Shown here in pieces: positions 46,700 through 56,313 of a stretch of DNA of 64,000 nucleotides. Under the pieces are notes generated by a model. It did no database searches. It had not been told where the DNA came from and saw only the letters and a list, made by a program, of their open reading frames with translations. Source of the DNA: a bacterium (GTDB lineage: Bacteria; Patescibacteriota; Microgenomatia; UBA8517). The stretch covers positions 23,832 through 87,831 of the forward strand of contig JAKAJP010000022.1 in the NCBI GenBank assembly GCA_021824915.1, given 5' to 3'. Each line of letters begins with the position of its first letter. The first letter of the stretch is position 1. Both the position numbers and the translations under genes were made by a program.

Positions 46700-48361
46700 T
46701 TATGATTCTACCATGAAAATATCCACTTCTTTATTTTCAAAGATTTTAATTAATCCCAGCTGTCCCTCACCAAAGAATGCTCTTTGGCCTTTTAACCAAT
46801 AGACATATTTTATATGGTTTTCCTTCAAAAATTCCCTTGCCTTCGCTTGATCTTTTTCTTTATACCAGTTCTCGACTTCAGACTTTCTCTCCCTCCAGTT
46901 ATAACCAGTTATATCTAAATTGATCTCATCTTCCAAAAATGTTGGATGACTACTTATGGCGGAAACGTAAGCCGTTGACGCGTATAAATACAGCGGTCTC
47001 GGAGGACTACCCTCTGCCTCCTTTGCCTTCGTCTCATCAAATGGATATGTTAAGACAATTCCGTCAGGTTGTTTTCTCAAAAAATTCAGTGCGGAAAGTT
47101 CTTCACCATCTAATTTTGCCGGAGGTCGAGACGGCAAATAGACATCCTTCAAAGTAAAAATTGTGATTGGAATGGTGGCCAGTACTATTAACGTTGCGAC
47201 CAACCTGTTCCTAATCCTCGAGGCCGCAACCCCAGCTAGAATCGCCGAAAAGAATAGAGAATAATAGAAAAATTGAATTGTGTTCCACGGTGTGCCCTTT
47301 TGTAAAAAAAACATCGGGATTGCCCCACCGGCGATAATTACCGAGGCAACAAAAACTTCAATCCAGCTAAGATTCTTAAGATTTTTAATCCACCTAAAAA
47401 TCTCAGCTTCTTTAAGAATCCTAGTTCCCATATTTCCCACCCAAAAGATAGCAAAGGCAAGAGAGTAGGCAAGTATTTCCTTAACCCATACATGACCGGC
47501 TTTATAGGTCGTCATTGCTGAATAAAACTTAAGCCAGCCCACTCTATCAGTTAAACCCATCATTGTTTCCAAAAACCAAAATGGCTGCCAGACGACTAGT
47601 CCGACTGAAGATTTATTAAGTGGTAGATAAATCGTTAGCGAGATAGCAAGTGATCCAAAAAAAACTAAAAGATGATCGAACTTTTTTTGTTTAATTAATT
47701 GATAGATCCCGCTGACAAAAAGTGCTCCTAAAGATAAAATTCCCGCATATGCTTTTACTTCAATCAAAATTCCAAAAAAAATCGCCGCCAAGACAAGTTT
47801 TCGTCTTTGAAGAAAAATCAATCCAGAAAGAATAAAGATCAGAGATAGTGCAAACGGTGGATTAATAAGCGTCGATATCGCCTGCTGGGACCAAAATGTC
47901 GATTCACCTCTACCAATCAGATAACCGAAACTACCTCCAAAATAAACGAAGAAAACCGCCCAGAGGCTCGCCTTTTCGGACCTCGTCCAGTCTAAAACAA
48001 AAATGTAACTTAAATAACCAATAAAAAAAGCAAAAATCGGTGGCAAAATCTGAAAATAAATATTAACAACTGGTATAGCGGTAATTTTATTTAATAGCGT
48101 TAAAAGCAAATCAAAACCAATATGATAATTTTGCAAGGAACTACCAGTAAACACCGGCATTGTTAGCGACCACCTACCCAAACTCTCGGCCAGCGCAATG
48201 TGCCAAATTGCGTCATGTCCATTTGCCCCCCAAAAACCCATCCCGAAAGAATAGATCAAACCACTTTTGACCATTGTCAACGACCAGACAATAGATCCGG
48301 TTATGATCAAAGACCAAAGTTCAACTCTTTCCCAAAATTGTTTTGAAGCTTCTTTTAGCAT
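46700..48361 (-). CDS. polytopic membrane protein with C-terminal extracytoplasmic domain (possible GT-C or polymerase-like)
   Basis: More than 10 TM helices, loop motif 'GANGHDAIWHIALAESLGRW', soluble C-terminal domain of about 140 aa. Family not recognised. Confidence 0.35.
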   Translation of the reverse strand: MLKEASKQFWERVELWSLIITGSIVWSLTMVKSGLIYSFGMGFWGANGHDAIWHIALAESLGRWSLTMPVFTGSSLQNYHIGFDLLLTLLNKITAIPVVNIYFQILPPIFAFFIGYLSYIFVLDWTRSEKASLWAVFFVYFGGSFGYLIGRGESTFWSQQAISTLINPPFALSLIFILSGLIFLQRRKLVLAAIFFGILIEVKAYAGILSLGALFVSGIYQLIKQKKFDHLLVFFGSLAISLTIYLPLNKSSVGLVVWQPFWFLETMMGLTDRVGWLKFYSAMTTYKAGHVWVKEILAYSLAFAIFWVGNMGTRILKEAEIFRWIKNLKNLSWIEVFVASVIIAGGAIPMFFLQKGTPWNTIQFFYYSLFFSAILAGVAASRIRNRLVATLIVLATIPITIFTLKDVYLPSRPPAKLDGEELSALNFLRKQPDGIVLTYPFDETKAKEAEGSPPRPLYLYASTAYVSAISSHPTFLEDEINLDITGYNWRERKSEVENWYKEKDQAKAREFLKENHIKYVYWLKGQRAFFGEGQLGLIKIFENKEVDIFMVES

Positions 48362-49856
48362 CCTCTATTAAACTGACTCCCATCATTGCAATCATCAAAA
48401 CCGCGTAGGCAACAATACCGATTACAACTAAAACTTCTAACGAATAAACACTTTCGGGGAGGACCCTTCTCATTATCAAAAGCATAACCCCCATGAGTAG
48501 AGCCCCCAAGGCCGGCTTAATAATAGAATCCGTTATTGAAAAATTAACAAAACGTTTTGCGATTGCAATTGCAATAACAGATGAGGCCCCAACCAAAGCA
48601 TACCCGGCTGCGGCTCCATTAACTCCAAATTTTACCGATGAAATCGGAATTATTAGCCATGTAAGGACGGTCCACATAATCATTAAATAAAAAGTAATTT
48701 TTATCTTTCCGATTGCATTAAGAAGATTTGTAAGCTGGGTTGTTGCCGCAGCAAAGATAAAATTGATCGAAATAAAAACAACGGGGATTATTGCCGGATT
48801 CCATTGACCATATCGCGGAATAACATTGACCAAAACCGGAGTCAAGATTGCAATTCCCACTAAGCTTGGAAAAACTAAAAAGCAAATAAAAAATATCGAT
48901 CGGGTTACGCTTCGTGCTAAATCTTCACCTTTATCCTGCATTCTTGAAAAGGCAGGAAAAGTTACGCGTGTTACGGTATCCATAAAAAATGTTAAAGGAT
49001 AACGCGCAATTTTTTGGGCGAAAGAAAGTATGCCAATCCCAGCTGGACCTAAAATTCCGCCCAAGATCAGGGTCATACCATCGTCTTTGAATGTGGCAAG
49101 TAAGGTGTTCACCTGATAAGGGATCCCAAACTTGAATAGACCGGATAAGGTTTTTCTGGAAAACGCCAATCCCGGAACCCATGGCTGCAAGATGTAAATT
49201 GCAACCAAACCGACGATGCTTCGAAGCGCAATTGCGATTGAAAAGCTCGATATTCCAAAACCCTTCATCGCAAAAACCACAAGTGTAAGGTTGTATACCA
49301 GCTGCTCCAAGATTTGTGGAAAAACAAGTTTCACAAATTCAAGTTTCCTCTCCAAAAGCACCGATGGAATACTTTTAAGGGATGAGAATAAAAGTGAAAA
49401 ACTCAAAACATAAAGCAATACCCGTCCATCTGCATGAAGACCATATTTTTGGCTAAAAAATGGTGCCAAAATAAAAACAACCGCAATTATCGCCAAGACC
49501 AAAATTTGTTGAACAGTGAAAGTTGTCCTCAAGTCCGTCTCGGTGGGTTTTTCTTTCTTTTGTATTAAAGCGGCCGCCAAACCAATATCAGAAAAATAAA
49601 CCAAAAAATTGATAATTGCCGATACAATTGCAAAAACACCAAATTCATACTTACCAAGATATGCGAATAAAAAAAGCTGGGCAACAAGACCTATAACCTG
49701 AAGAATAAATGTCCGGCCAGTTAGAACAACCACCCCACGTACCGATCTTTCCTTCACAGTTTCAAGAGAAATTTCACTTCCGGGATCAAGATGTTCCTGA
49801 TTTAACTCATCCACGCCTAAATTGTACCATGCGGAGCCTACGCATTGCGAAGGCAA
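48321..49856 (-). CDS. polysaccharide biosynthesis protein / Wzx-like flippase (PST family)
   Basis: 'VFAIVSAIINFLVYFSDIGLAAALIQKKE' is characteristic of the PST family; about 12-14 TM helices. True start may be an internal GTG near 49757 because the ATG ORF overlaps the upstream gene by 50 bp. Confidence 0.6.
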   Translation of the reverse strand: MPSQCVGSAWYNLGVDELNQEHLDPGSEISLETVKERSVRGVVVLTGRTFILQVIGLVAQLFLFAYLGKYEFGVFAIVSAIINFLVYFSDIGLAAALIQKKEKPTETDLRTTFTVQQILVLAIIAVVFILAPFFSQKYGLHADGRVLLYVLSFSLLFSSLKSIPSVLLERKLEFVKLVFPQILEQLVYNLTLVVFAMKGFGISSFSIAIALRSIVGLVAIYILQPWVPGLAFSRKTLSGLFKFGIPYQVNTLLATFKDDGMTLILGGILGPAGIGILSFAQKIARYPLTFFMDTVTRVTFPAFSRMQDKGEDLARSVTRSIFFICFLVFPSLVGIAILTPVLVNVIPRYGQWNPAIIPVVFISINFIFAAATTQLTNLLNAIGKIKITFYLMIMWTVLTWLIIPISSVKFGVNGAAAGYALVGASSVIAIAIAKRFVNFSITDSIIKPALGALLMGVMLLIMRRVLPESVYSLEVLVVIGIVAYAVLMIAMMGVSLIEDAKRSFKTILGKS

Positions 49857-51534
49857 GAAGACTAATCCACGTTAAGAGAGAAATGATATTGGCAACACTC
49901 CGTAGTGGTGTATTATACAGCCTCAAAGTAATAATGTGCCGACCGGCCGCCACATCTATATACATCCTTCCCCACGCTTCGCTTTCGGGTACATAATTTT
50001 TGACCTCCTTACCGTCAATATAGGTTTTCCAAACCGGGTATTGAAAAATACCGACCCTAATAGTTGAAGCTGAATCTGCATTTATATTAAAACTCGCCCA
50101 GTTAGTCCCCTCTTTCGGACTTTCGACACTTCCCTTACCAGTCATGAATTCTGCTAATAATTTTTGTCCCTCTTTGGGATTTTCTCGGGCCGCTTGCGGC
50201 AAGTAGTCAAAAATTCCGGCGGTGCGTTGCAAATCCCAAGCTGCGCCACTAAATTTCTGTGTATCGGTTAGCGGTCCCATCTTGCCTCCCTGTGGCAAAA
50301 AATAATTCCAATTCCAAACAATCAACCCAACCAAGACAATGGGGGCAATAAATTTAATTATCTTGTTTGGAAAAAGTATAACAACCGATCCTGCAATAAA
50401 TGAAAAACAAAGAATAACTATTGTTAAAAATCTCCAAGGAAACTGAACGAAGGCAAGAGGGCTAAAAAGCTTCCAGATAAAAGTTGATTTCTCATGAGCC
50501 ATAAAAGCCGCAAACCAGCCGGCAAGAAAAATGTAGAGTATTGTAAAAAGTGTTTGCCTACTCAGTTTAGATTTATTCTTACCTAAAAACATTGCGACAA
50601 CGACAATTCCTATCAGAATTGAAAGTATCCAATGAATATGACCTATTTGAAACGACATTCCATCATTTATACCCCAAACCGAAGGCCCATATCCCCAAAA
50701 TCTGGAAAATAAAAGCTGGTTAATTGTTGCAAAGTGGGCAATATATTCGTAATAACCCTTGACCAGAGTATCAACGTGTACATACTTTTGCTCGAAGGCT
50801 GCGGGTAACTTGAAGAAGGCAGACAATCCTGCAGCAAGTAGTCCTGCTTTAAGTAACTCCCAAATCTTTTTCCATCCTTTAGCCTTCAACCAGAAAAGAA
50901 GACACCAGCCGGCAAAAACCGGCGTAAAAATAAGAACCATCAAATTGTGAGATAAAAGAAGTCCGGTCCAAGAAAGACCAAGGGCAATAATCCATCTCGT
51001 AGTTTTACTCTTTTGAACTATCAATTTATATGAAGTCAGAAGTATTAATGGGAACCATATTAACGCCCAACTTTCGTTCATCGCTCCCCTAACGTAAGCA
51101 TCGACCGAATGATACGGAGCCCAAACATAAAAAACTGATGAAACCACACCACCCCATTTTCCAAAAAATTCTTTTGCAAGGTAGTACATTGTTAATCCCG
51201 ATGCCATAAAAGCCAGCAAGAATAAAATTTTTGCCGTATCAACAAAAGAAAAATGAGCAATTCTAAAAAGTTCACCAACTAAATACGGAAGTGGCGGATA
51301 GTAATTAAAAAGAGGAAAACCGAATCCATAACCCATATCCGGAACCCAGCGGCATGGGATTTGTCCATCCAAAAAACATTTTTCCATTTCTAGCTGGCGC
51401 ATCATTTGCAAGTCATCGTGCATGTTGAAGTATCCGGGTGTTAAGAATGTTCTTCCGGCTAAAATCGCCGAAATCAAAACTATTAGAAGTGGCCAAAAAT
51501 TAGAACTTGAAACAATTTTCTTCAAAAATTTCAT
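49807..51534 (-). CDS. PF10131 'PTPS-related' family membrane protein (GT-C-like), 575 aa
   Basis: 'HDDLQMMRQLEMEKCFLDGQIPCRWVPDMGYGFGFPLFNYYPPLPY' is the hallmark N-terminal block. Paralog of 29261..30724. Confidence 0.55.
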   Translation of the reverse strand: MKFLKKIVSSSNFWPLLIVLISAILAGRTFLTPGYFNMHDDLQMMRQLEMEKCFLDGQIPCRWVPDMGYGFGFPLFNYYPPLPYLVGELFRIAHFSFVDTAKILFLLAFMASGLTMYYLAKEFFGKWGGVVSSVFYVWAPYHSVDAYVRGAMNESWALIWFPLILLTSYKLIVQKSKTTRWIIALGLSWTGLLLSHNLMVLIFTPVFAGWCLLFWLKAKGWKKIWELLKAGLLAAGLSAFFKLPAAFEQKYVHVDTLVKGYYEYIAHFATINQLLFSRFWGYGPSVWGINDGMSFQIGHIHWILSILIGIVVVAMFLGKNKSKLSRQTLFTILYIFLAGWFAAFMAHEKSTFIWKLFSPLAFVQFPWRFLTIVILCFSFIAGSVVILFPNKIIKFIAPIVLVGLIVWNWNYFLPQGGKMGPLTDTQKFSGAAWDLQRTAGIFDYLPQAARENPKEGQKLLAEFMTGKGSVESPKEGTNWASFNINADSASTIRVGIFQYPVWKTYIDGKEVKNYVPESEAWGRMYIDVAAGRHIITLRLYNTPLRSVANIISLLTWISLLAFAMRRLRMVQFRRG

Positions 51535-51606
51535 TTTTCGGTAGGTTTAATTATGAACTAATTTCAGAATTATTCATATAATCTGGCGTTAGCCCTCAAA
51601 ACGAGG

Positions 51607-53190
51607 CTAAATGCCGAGCTTTGAAGGAGATTCTATTTCAAAAAAGTAGAAAGTGTCAAATGGTCCATACCATTTATACTCATGGGTATCTTTCTCACGC
51701 CTGTCAGCTTTTTTATAAGTTGCAACAACTTTCAGACCTTTTGAGCTAAAATCCCCAGGTTTAATTTTTAACCTTGAACTATTCACAACCAAATAAGTTT
51801 TTGTGCCAGAATTAAAGGAAACCTTGAGTTCGTTTGGTACGTCGTTAAAGTCCAAACCCGTTCCTATAACGGTAACATTGGGGATGTTATTCAAATATAT
51901 TTGAAGTCCATCAGGCAAAGTTCCAAAGTATCCTTCTGTCCCGACAACTATTTTTTCATTCGGATTGGCTATATGCTCGTTCTTAATAAAACTAGCCACT
52001 TCGTAGATCCCCGTCCCCGCCGTCCATTCTTCCAAATACCCACTTCGCTCGCTGCTTGGTAAATTGGCTTTATCGGGATTTGTTAACAATCTGCAATCAA
52101 AAAAGATCGCGGTTCCGGCAAAAATAACCAAGAAAACATAATATAAGATTTTTATATATCTATTCTTATTCAAAGATCCTAGCCCCGAAATTATAAAAAC
52201 TGGAGGAAGTGTATAAAGAATATAACGGACGGTAAAAACTTTTGCATATTCACTTTGAACCAAGACCGGAAATAAAAACCAGGCAGTCAAAAGTAACAGT
52301 TCTTTCCAATATTTTTTGAGTCCGGCAAGATATCCAAGTAACCAAATAAACAAAATCGGCCAAGGCCCCATTTTGATAAACCAGTCCTTAAAAATTTCTT
52401 CAATATGAAAAATAAAAGGATCTTTGGGATTGAGCCATAGGTGACTAATCGGAAAGACGTAGTCCTCATTCCTGCTTGAAATTAAATTAAAATTCGGGCC
52501 AAGCCGCAAAATATTATAAAGTCCGTAAGCAATTAAATATGTCGGAATTAAAAGGATGGAAAGATGAAATAAATGTGATAAAAGTTTCTTTTTGTCTTTT
52601 GGGCAGTCGGACAAAATCCAAACGGTTGGGACAAGAAGCGACATAAAAAGTGCTGGAGTTTTAGTCAAAAGCGCACCCCCTAAAGCAAAACCCGTTATCA
52701 TTGCAAAATCAAGTCTTTTTGTTTTTGCAGTTAAAATTGCAAAAAATAAAGTCCAGACTCCGAACATTGCAAGAAACGAATCAACCAGGCTTAACCTGTC
52801 AAAAAAGAAAGAAAATGGAGATAAAACATAAATTAGAGAAGCAATTAGGGATGCAATTTTATTTTTGAAAAGCAAATAGGATACTGCAAAAACTCCGATC
52901 ATTGTTCCAAACCCAGAAGCAACCGAAAGGAGGCGCCCCGCAACTAAAGGATCGCTCATTCGTCTGACATAAAACATTAAAATCCACATAAAAAGAGGTT
53001 GTTTCCCGTCAGAAAGAGGCAAAAATCGTAGAGTTGATTCCGCCGACATTATTTGACTCCAGCGGATATAAATTGCCTCATCTGCAAAAACGGGCAAGAT
53101 TGTTAAATGATAAAGACGGACAAAATAAAGAAGAACAATCCCTAACCCCACCAAAATATAAATCCAATTAACTCTGACGAATTTTCTCAC
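51607..53190 (-). CDS. GT-C fold membrane glycosyltransferase, ArnT (GT83)-like
   Basis: 'PVFADEAIYIRWSQIMSAES' (ArnT-type DE motif followed by aromatic/Arg); about 12 TM helices with a C-terminal soluble domain. Confidence 0.55.
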   Translation of the reverse strand: MRKFVRVNWIYILVGLGIVLLYFVRLYHLTILPVFADEAIYIRWSQIMSAESTLRFLPLSDGKQPLFMWILMFYVRRMSDPLVAGRLLSVASGFGTMIGVFAVSYLLFKNKIASLIASLIYVLSPFSFFFDRLSLVDSFLAMFGVWTLFFAILTAKTKRLDFAMITGFALGGALLTKTPALFMSLLVPTVWILSDCPKDKKKLLSHLFHLSILLIPTYLIAYGLYNILRLGPNFNLISSRNEDYVFPISHLWLNPKDPFIFHIEEIFKDWFIKMGPWPILFIWLLGYLAGLKKYWKELLLLTAWFLFPVLVQSEYAKVFTVRYILYTLPPVFIISGLGSLNKNRYIKILYYVFLVIFAGTAIFFDCRLLTNPDKANLPSSERSGYLEEWTAGTGIYEVASFIKNEHIANPNEKIVVGTEGYFGTLPDGLQIYLNNIPNVTVIGTGLDFNDVPNELKVSFNSGTKTYLVVNSSRLKIKPGDFSSKGLKVVATYKKADRREKDTHEYKWYGPFDTFYFFEIESPSKLGI

Positions 53191-53229
53191 ATCTCAATTC
53201 TAACCCGAACCAATTTTTGAAGCAATAAA

Positions 53230-53883
53230 TCAAAGAGTTGCGGATGTATCTCCATAGATAGTTTGTGAAGCAATATTTGAAAATAGAAAAGGAGCCGACC
53301 TACTTTCTGATTCAGAGGCCGCACTTGATAACGATCTAAAGAGGGCTTTTCTCATTTCAAATCTCGATCTTTTATCGGCATCCGCAACCGAGTGTCCCTT
53401 TATTAAAGTCGTGGCTACAAGGTTTGACGGCTCCAAAAACATTCTTGCTATCGGATCCAAGTAGGGTCTCGTAATATAATCTGTATCAATTAAGAAAACA
53501 AAATCTCGCGAATAACCAATAAATGCTTTCGCTCCGCCATGTGTAACCACCTTTTTGCCAAAAAATACTGCACTTCTACAACTCCTGGAATAAAGAACTT
53601 TACCATCTAATTTTTTAGAAATTATACTCTGGTCATCTAACAAAACCTCATCATTATATCCGGCAATTACGTCTTCTGAACCGTGGCCATTTAGAAAAAT
53701 AAACCCAGGATCATTTGATCTTAAGTAACTCTCAAAATATTTTCTATTAGCTTTTTTACTTTCAAGATCCAAGACTTTGAAATCATGTTTGACTGCTATA
53801 TCCAAAACTGGTTTACTCCAGTAATACAAATAATCAGTTGTAGAGTCGTGATTGGGCCGCGTAACTAAAAGGGTTTTATTCAT
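53230..53883 (-). CDS. hypothetical protein; possible caspase-like (clan CD) fold
   Basis: 'GFIFLNGHGSEDVIAG' (His-Gly) followed about 35 aa later by 'LYSRSCRSAVFFG' (Cys). The spacing resembles the caspase/gingipain catalytic dyad. No signal peptide. Tentative. Confidence 0.3.
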   Translation of the reverse strand: MNKTLLVTRPNHDSTTDYLYYWSKPVLDIAVKHDFKVLDLESKKANRKYFESYLRSNDPGFIFLNGHGSEDVIAGYNDEVLLDDQSIISKKLDGKVLYSRSCRSAVFFGKKVVTHGGAKAFIGYSRDFVFLIDTDYITRPYLDPIARMFLEPSNLVATTLIKGHSVADADKRSRFEMRKALFRSLSSAASESESRSAPFLFSNIASQTIYGDTSATL

Positions 53884-54130
53884 CCTGAAAGATTTTTCCG
53901 CTAGTTAACTCTTTCAGAAACTGAAGCTGTATCTCCGCCATCTGTTTCCCAACATCATCACCTTTTTGAACATGACTCATTATTTCTTCTTTTGTATACT
54001 CACTACCACCAACCGATATCTGTAGATTTGAGGGAATCGATTTTATTCTCTCAACCACTAGTTGTTTCAACTCTTCAGAAAACTCGAATTTATCTTCCTC
54101 CGTTTTAGTCGCTTGAGAATTATTGTCCAT
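53876..54130 (-). CDS. small acidic hypothetical protein (84 aa)
   Basis: ORF only; coding-like codon usage. Overlaps neighbours by 8 and 11 bp, which suggests translational coupling. Confidence 0.35.
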   Translation of the reverse strand: MDNNSQATKTEEDKFEFSEELKQLVVERIKSIPSNLQISVGGSEYTKEEIMSHVQKGDDVGKQMAEIQLQFLKELTSGKIFQDE

Positions 54131-54323
54131 TTTCCTTTTTCAAGATACCAAGTTGCTCTAAAATTTCTAGCGCCTTTTTACCTTTTTCTGTATCAGCCTC
54201 TACTTCCAACCTTAAAACATTCCACGTCATCGGTTCACCGTCAACGACAACCACTATTTCATTTCTACTCGGAAGCGGTAGGTTGGCATAAATATCATTA
54301 AATAAGGCTTTTTTATCGACCAT
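54120..54323 (-). CDS. small hypothetical protein (67 aa)
   Basis: ORF only; 11-bp overlap with the downstream small ORF. Confidence 0.3.
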   Translation of the reverse strand: MVDKKALFNDIYANLPLPSRNEIVVVVDGEPMTWNVLRLEVEADTEKGKKALEILEQLGILKKENGQ

Positions 54324-54385
54324 GACAACCCATTATACAATAATAACACGGTGCAACCCTATCCAAAGTCTCACAAACATCAAGC

Positions 54386-54676
54386 TCATTTTTCACAATT
54401 TGTTTGCTTTTGCAAATTATCGCTACTTAGCTTATGTAGTTCATCCTGAAGTGTGTCAAATTTAACCCTATCATTAGGCATACAGTAACTATCAGATTGG
54501 CAATATTTTTGAAAAACATTTCTCCGTTCCAAGTCAAAATTATTTTGAACAACAGAAAGGCATTTTCTCGCTCTGAAGTCCCTGAGCATAGGCCAACCAA
54601 CGAAGACTAATAACGCCACAACCACAATCAAAAGAATATTCACAATAATATAAAGAGTCAATTTTTTATTCACCAA
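54386..54676 (-). CDS. small N-terminally membrane-anchored Cys-containing hypothetical protein (96 aa)
   Basis: Single N-terminal TM 'LTLYIIVNILLIVVVALLVFVGW', then a soluble part with four Cys (C-x-n-C-x5-C…C). Confidence 0.35.
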   Translation of the reverse strand: MVNKKLTLYIIVNILLIVVVALLVFVGWPMLRDFRARKCLSVVQNNFDLERRNVFQKYCQSDSYCMPNDRVKFDTLQDELHKLSSDNLQKQTNCEK

Positions 54677-54707
54677 GAAAATTATAGCACTCCAAATTTC
54701 GAAAACG

Positions 54708-55490
54708 TCAAATCTCGTTTTCTCGATCAGACATAAGCTTTTTAACGTGGTCTGTTGTATTAATCAATTCCATCAATCTTTCAAAGTCTATCTCTTCGGC
54801 TAGTTTTTGAACCTTATCGGTCGTTCTCTGAATGTATTGAGCAGGAATTAGTAAAAACGGCGCAGGTTTGCCTCTGGCAATTTTTTGCTGGTATAGTTTG
54901 TCAGATTCAGAGGCGAAACAATAATCCGCTCCGGTTTGATCAAATAAATTTTTATAATGAACGCTTGCGTCTACCCCCTCGGGTTTTTCCGGCAAGACAC
55001 TGACTAAAACATTCGGATCATAATACGACCACATAGAGACTCTTGCCCGCAAATCTAAATATGGACCACCTCTTTCTTTAGAATCAACATACCAATCGCG
55101 TTCAAGAAGAAGGATTGGGGAAACAAAACTTCTCATCCAATTCGCTGCAAATCTATGTCCCCCATGTCCCTCAAAACCGCCAGCAAATAAAACGCCGTAC
55201 TTTCCTCCATCAACTAGATTACTTTTTATTTTCTCAAATGGAACCAAAAGACCTCGATCCTCATTCTTTTTATTTCCCAGAAATCTCACCCACCAGCCAA
55301 TCCAATCATCCGCATGTTCTCTCCTAAAACCTAAGTTGGGGCCTGGGATTGTTTTCAAATTTTCAAGTGCTTGCCCAAGATATTCAACTAGAGTATTTTT
55401 GTCCTGAGGCCTATTGTCTGCCAACATCTGATCAATATTTCCCGAAAGAAGATCGGGGCGAAAATTGCGTAAATATTCTTCGTTTGCCAT
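54708..55490 (-). CDS. hypothetical protein (260 aa) with HxGH-like motif
   Basis: 'GVLFAGGFEGHGGHRF' resembles the (T/H)xGH signature of cytidylyltransferase-like nucleotidyltransferases, but its position (about residue 105) is atypical. Confidence 0.3.
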   Translation of the reverse strand: MANEEYLRNFRPDLLSGNIDQMLADNRPQDKNTLVEYLGQALENLKTIPGPNLGFRREHADDWIGWWVRFLGNKKNEDRGLLVPFEKIKSNLVDGGKYGVLFAGGFEGHGGHRFAANWMRSFVSPILLLERDWYVDSKERGGPYLDLRARVSMWSYYDPNVLVSVLPEKPEGVDASVHYKNLFDQTGADYCFASESDKLYQQKIARGKPAPFLLIPAQYIQRTTDKVQKLAEEIDFERLMELINTTDHVKKLMSDRENEI

Positions 55491-55563
55491 CTTGGCGCAA
55501 TTCTACCATTTTTGAGCCCTAAATTTCAGAAACGTAAAATGGATTCAAATCACACTCACCACT

Positions 55564-56313
55564 TTAGACTTTATATTTTCCTTGAAGTGCATTAATGCGA
55601 ACACGGAGGAGGTCGCGAAGGCCTTCCCAAGAGTCGCGGATTGCGTTTATTCTTTCACTTTCTTTATGGTTCCAAGTAACGGGAACTTCTGCAACTTTAT
55701 ATTTTAGTTTTCTGGCCAAATACAAAACTTCCAAATCAAATCCCGCAGTAACTCCGGCCCCTTTTCCTTGTCCTTTCTCGGAAAAAACTTTCATCCTCTT
55801 AAAAATTTCTCTCGAGGCTTCATTCCTAAAAGCCTTAAATCCACACTGGGTGTCTTTATAGGGAAGGCGCAAAATTATTGTTCTTAAAAAAGCAAAGCCA
55901 TAAGCCATGAGTTTTCGTAAAAGAGGTGCTCCTTTTCTACCGGAACGGGATCCGATTACAATATCATACCCTTCTTCAAATTTAGGCAAGAATTTCTCCA
56001 CCTGATCGATCGGAGTTGCTTGATCTGTATCCGTAAAAAGAATAACATCCCCCTTGGCTCTAAGCATTCCGGCAATAACCGTTCCACCTTTACCTCTATG
56101 TGGTTCTTTCAAAACAAAAAAGTTTTTGTGATTTTTGGAAAAATCGTCGGCAATTTTTGCGGTCGCATCACTACTTCCGTCATCAACGAACAAAACTTCC
56201 CAAGAGTATTTTTGTTTCTTCAAATAGTCACTAACCAAATCCAACACTCCAGTCCGAAGATTGTACTCTTCGTTGTACGCAGGAATTACTACCGATAAAT
56301 AAACATTTTTCAT
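55564..56313 (-). CDS. GT2 polyprenol-phosphate sugar synthase, DPM1-like (soluble type)
   Basis: 'LSVVIPAYNEEYNL', 'VLFVDDGSSDAT', 'TDTDQATP', 'DTQCGFKAFR'; no C-terminal TM. ATGA overlap with the downstream GT-C gene. Confidence 0.65.
   Translation of the reverse strand: MKNVYLSVVIPAYNEEYNLRTGVLDLVSDYLKKQKYSWEVLFVDDGSSDATAKIADDFSKNHKNFFVLKEPHRGKGGTVIAGMLRAKGDVILFTDTDQATPIDQVEKFLPKFEEGYDIVIGSRSGRKGAPLLRKLMAYGFAFLRTIILRLPYKDTQCGFKAFRNEASREIFKRMKVFSEKGQGKGAGVTAGFDLEVLYLARKLKYKVAEVPVTWNHKESERINAIRDSWEGLRDLLRVRINALQGKYKV

Noticed and set aside
51591-51610. Short imperfect hairpin (agccCtc-aaaac-gaggct) overlapping the stop of 51607..53190
   Set aside because: The stem is 6 bp with a bulge, and no U-run follows on the transcribed (minus) strand. 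It is unlikely to be an intrinsic terminator. The 72-bp gap at 51535..51606 more probably carries the promoter for the downstream operon, but no clean -35/-10 could be defined.
54120-54323. Possible toxin-antitoxin pair formed by the 67-aa and 84-aa overlapping ORFs
   Set aside because: There is no recognisable RHH/HTH/PIN/RelE-type motif, and both are acidic. This was kept only as part of the hypothetical mini-island, not called as a TA system.
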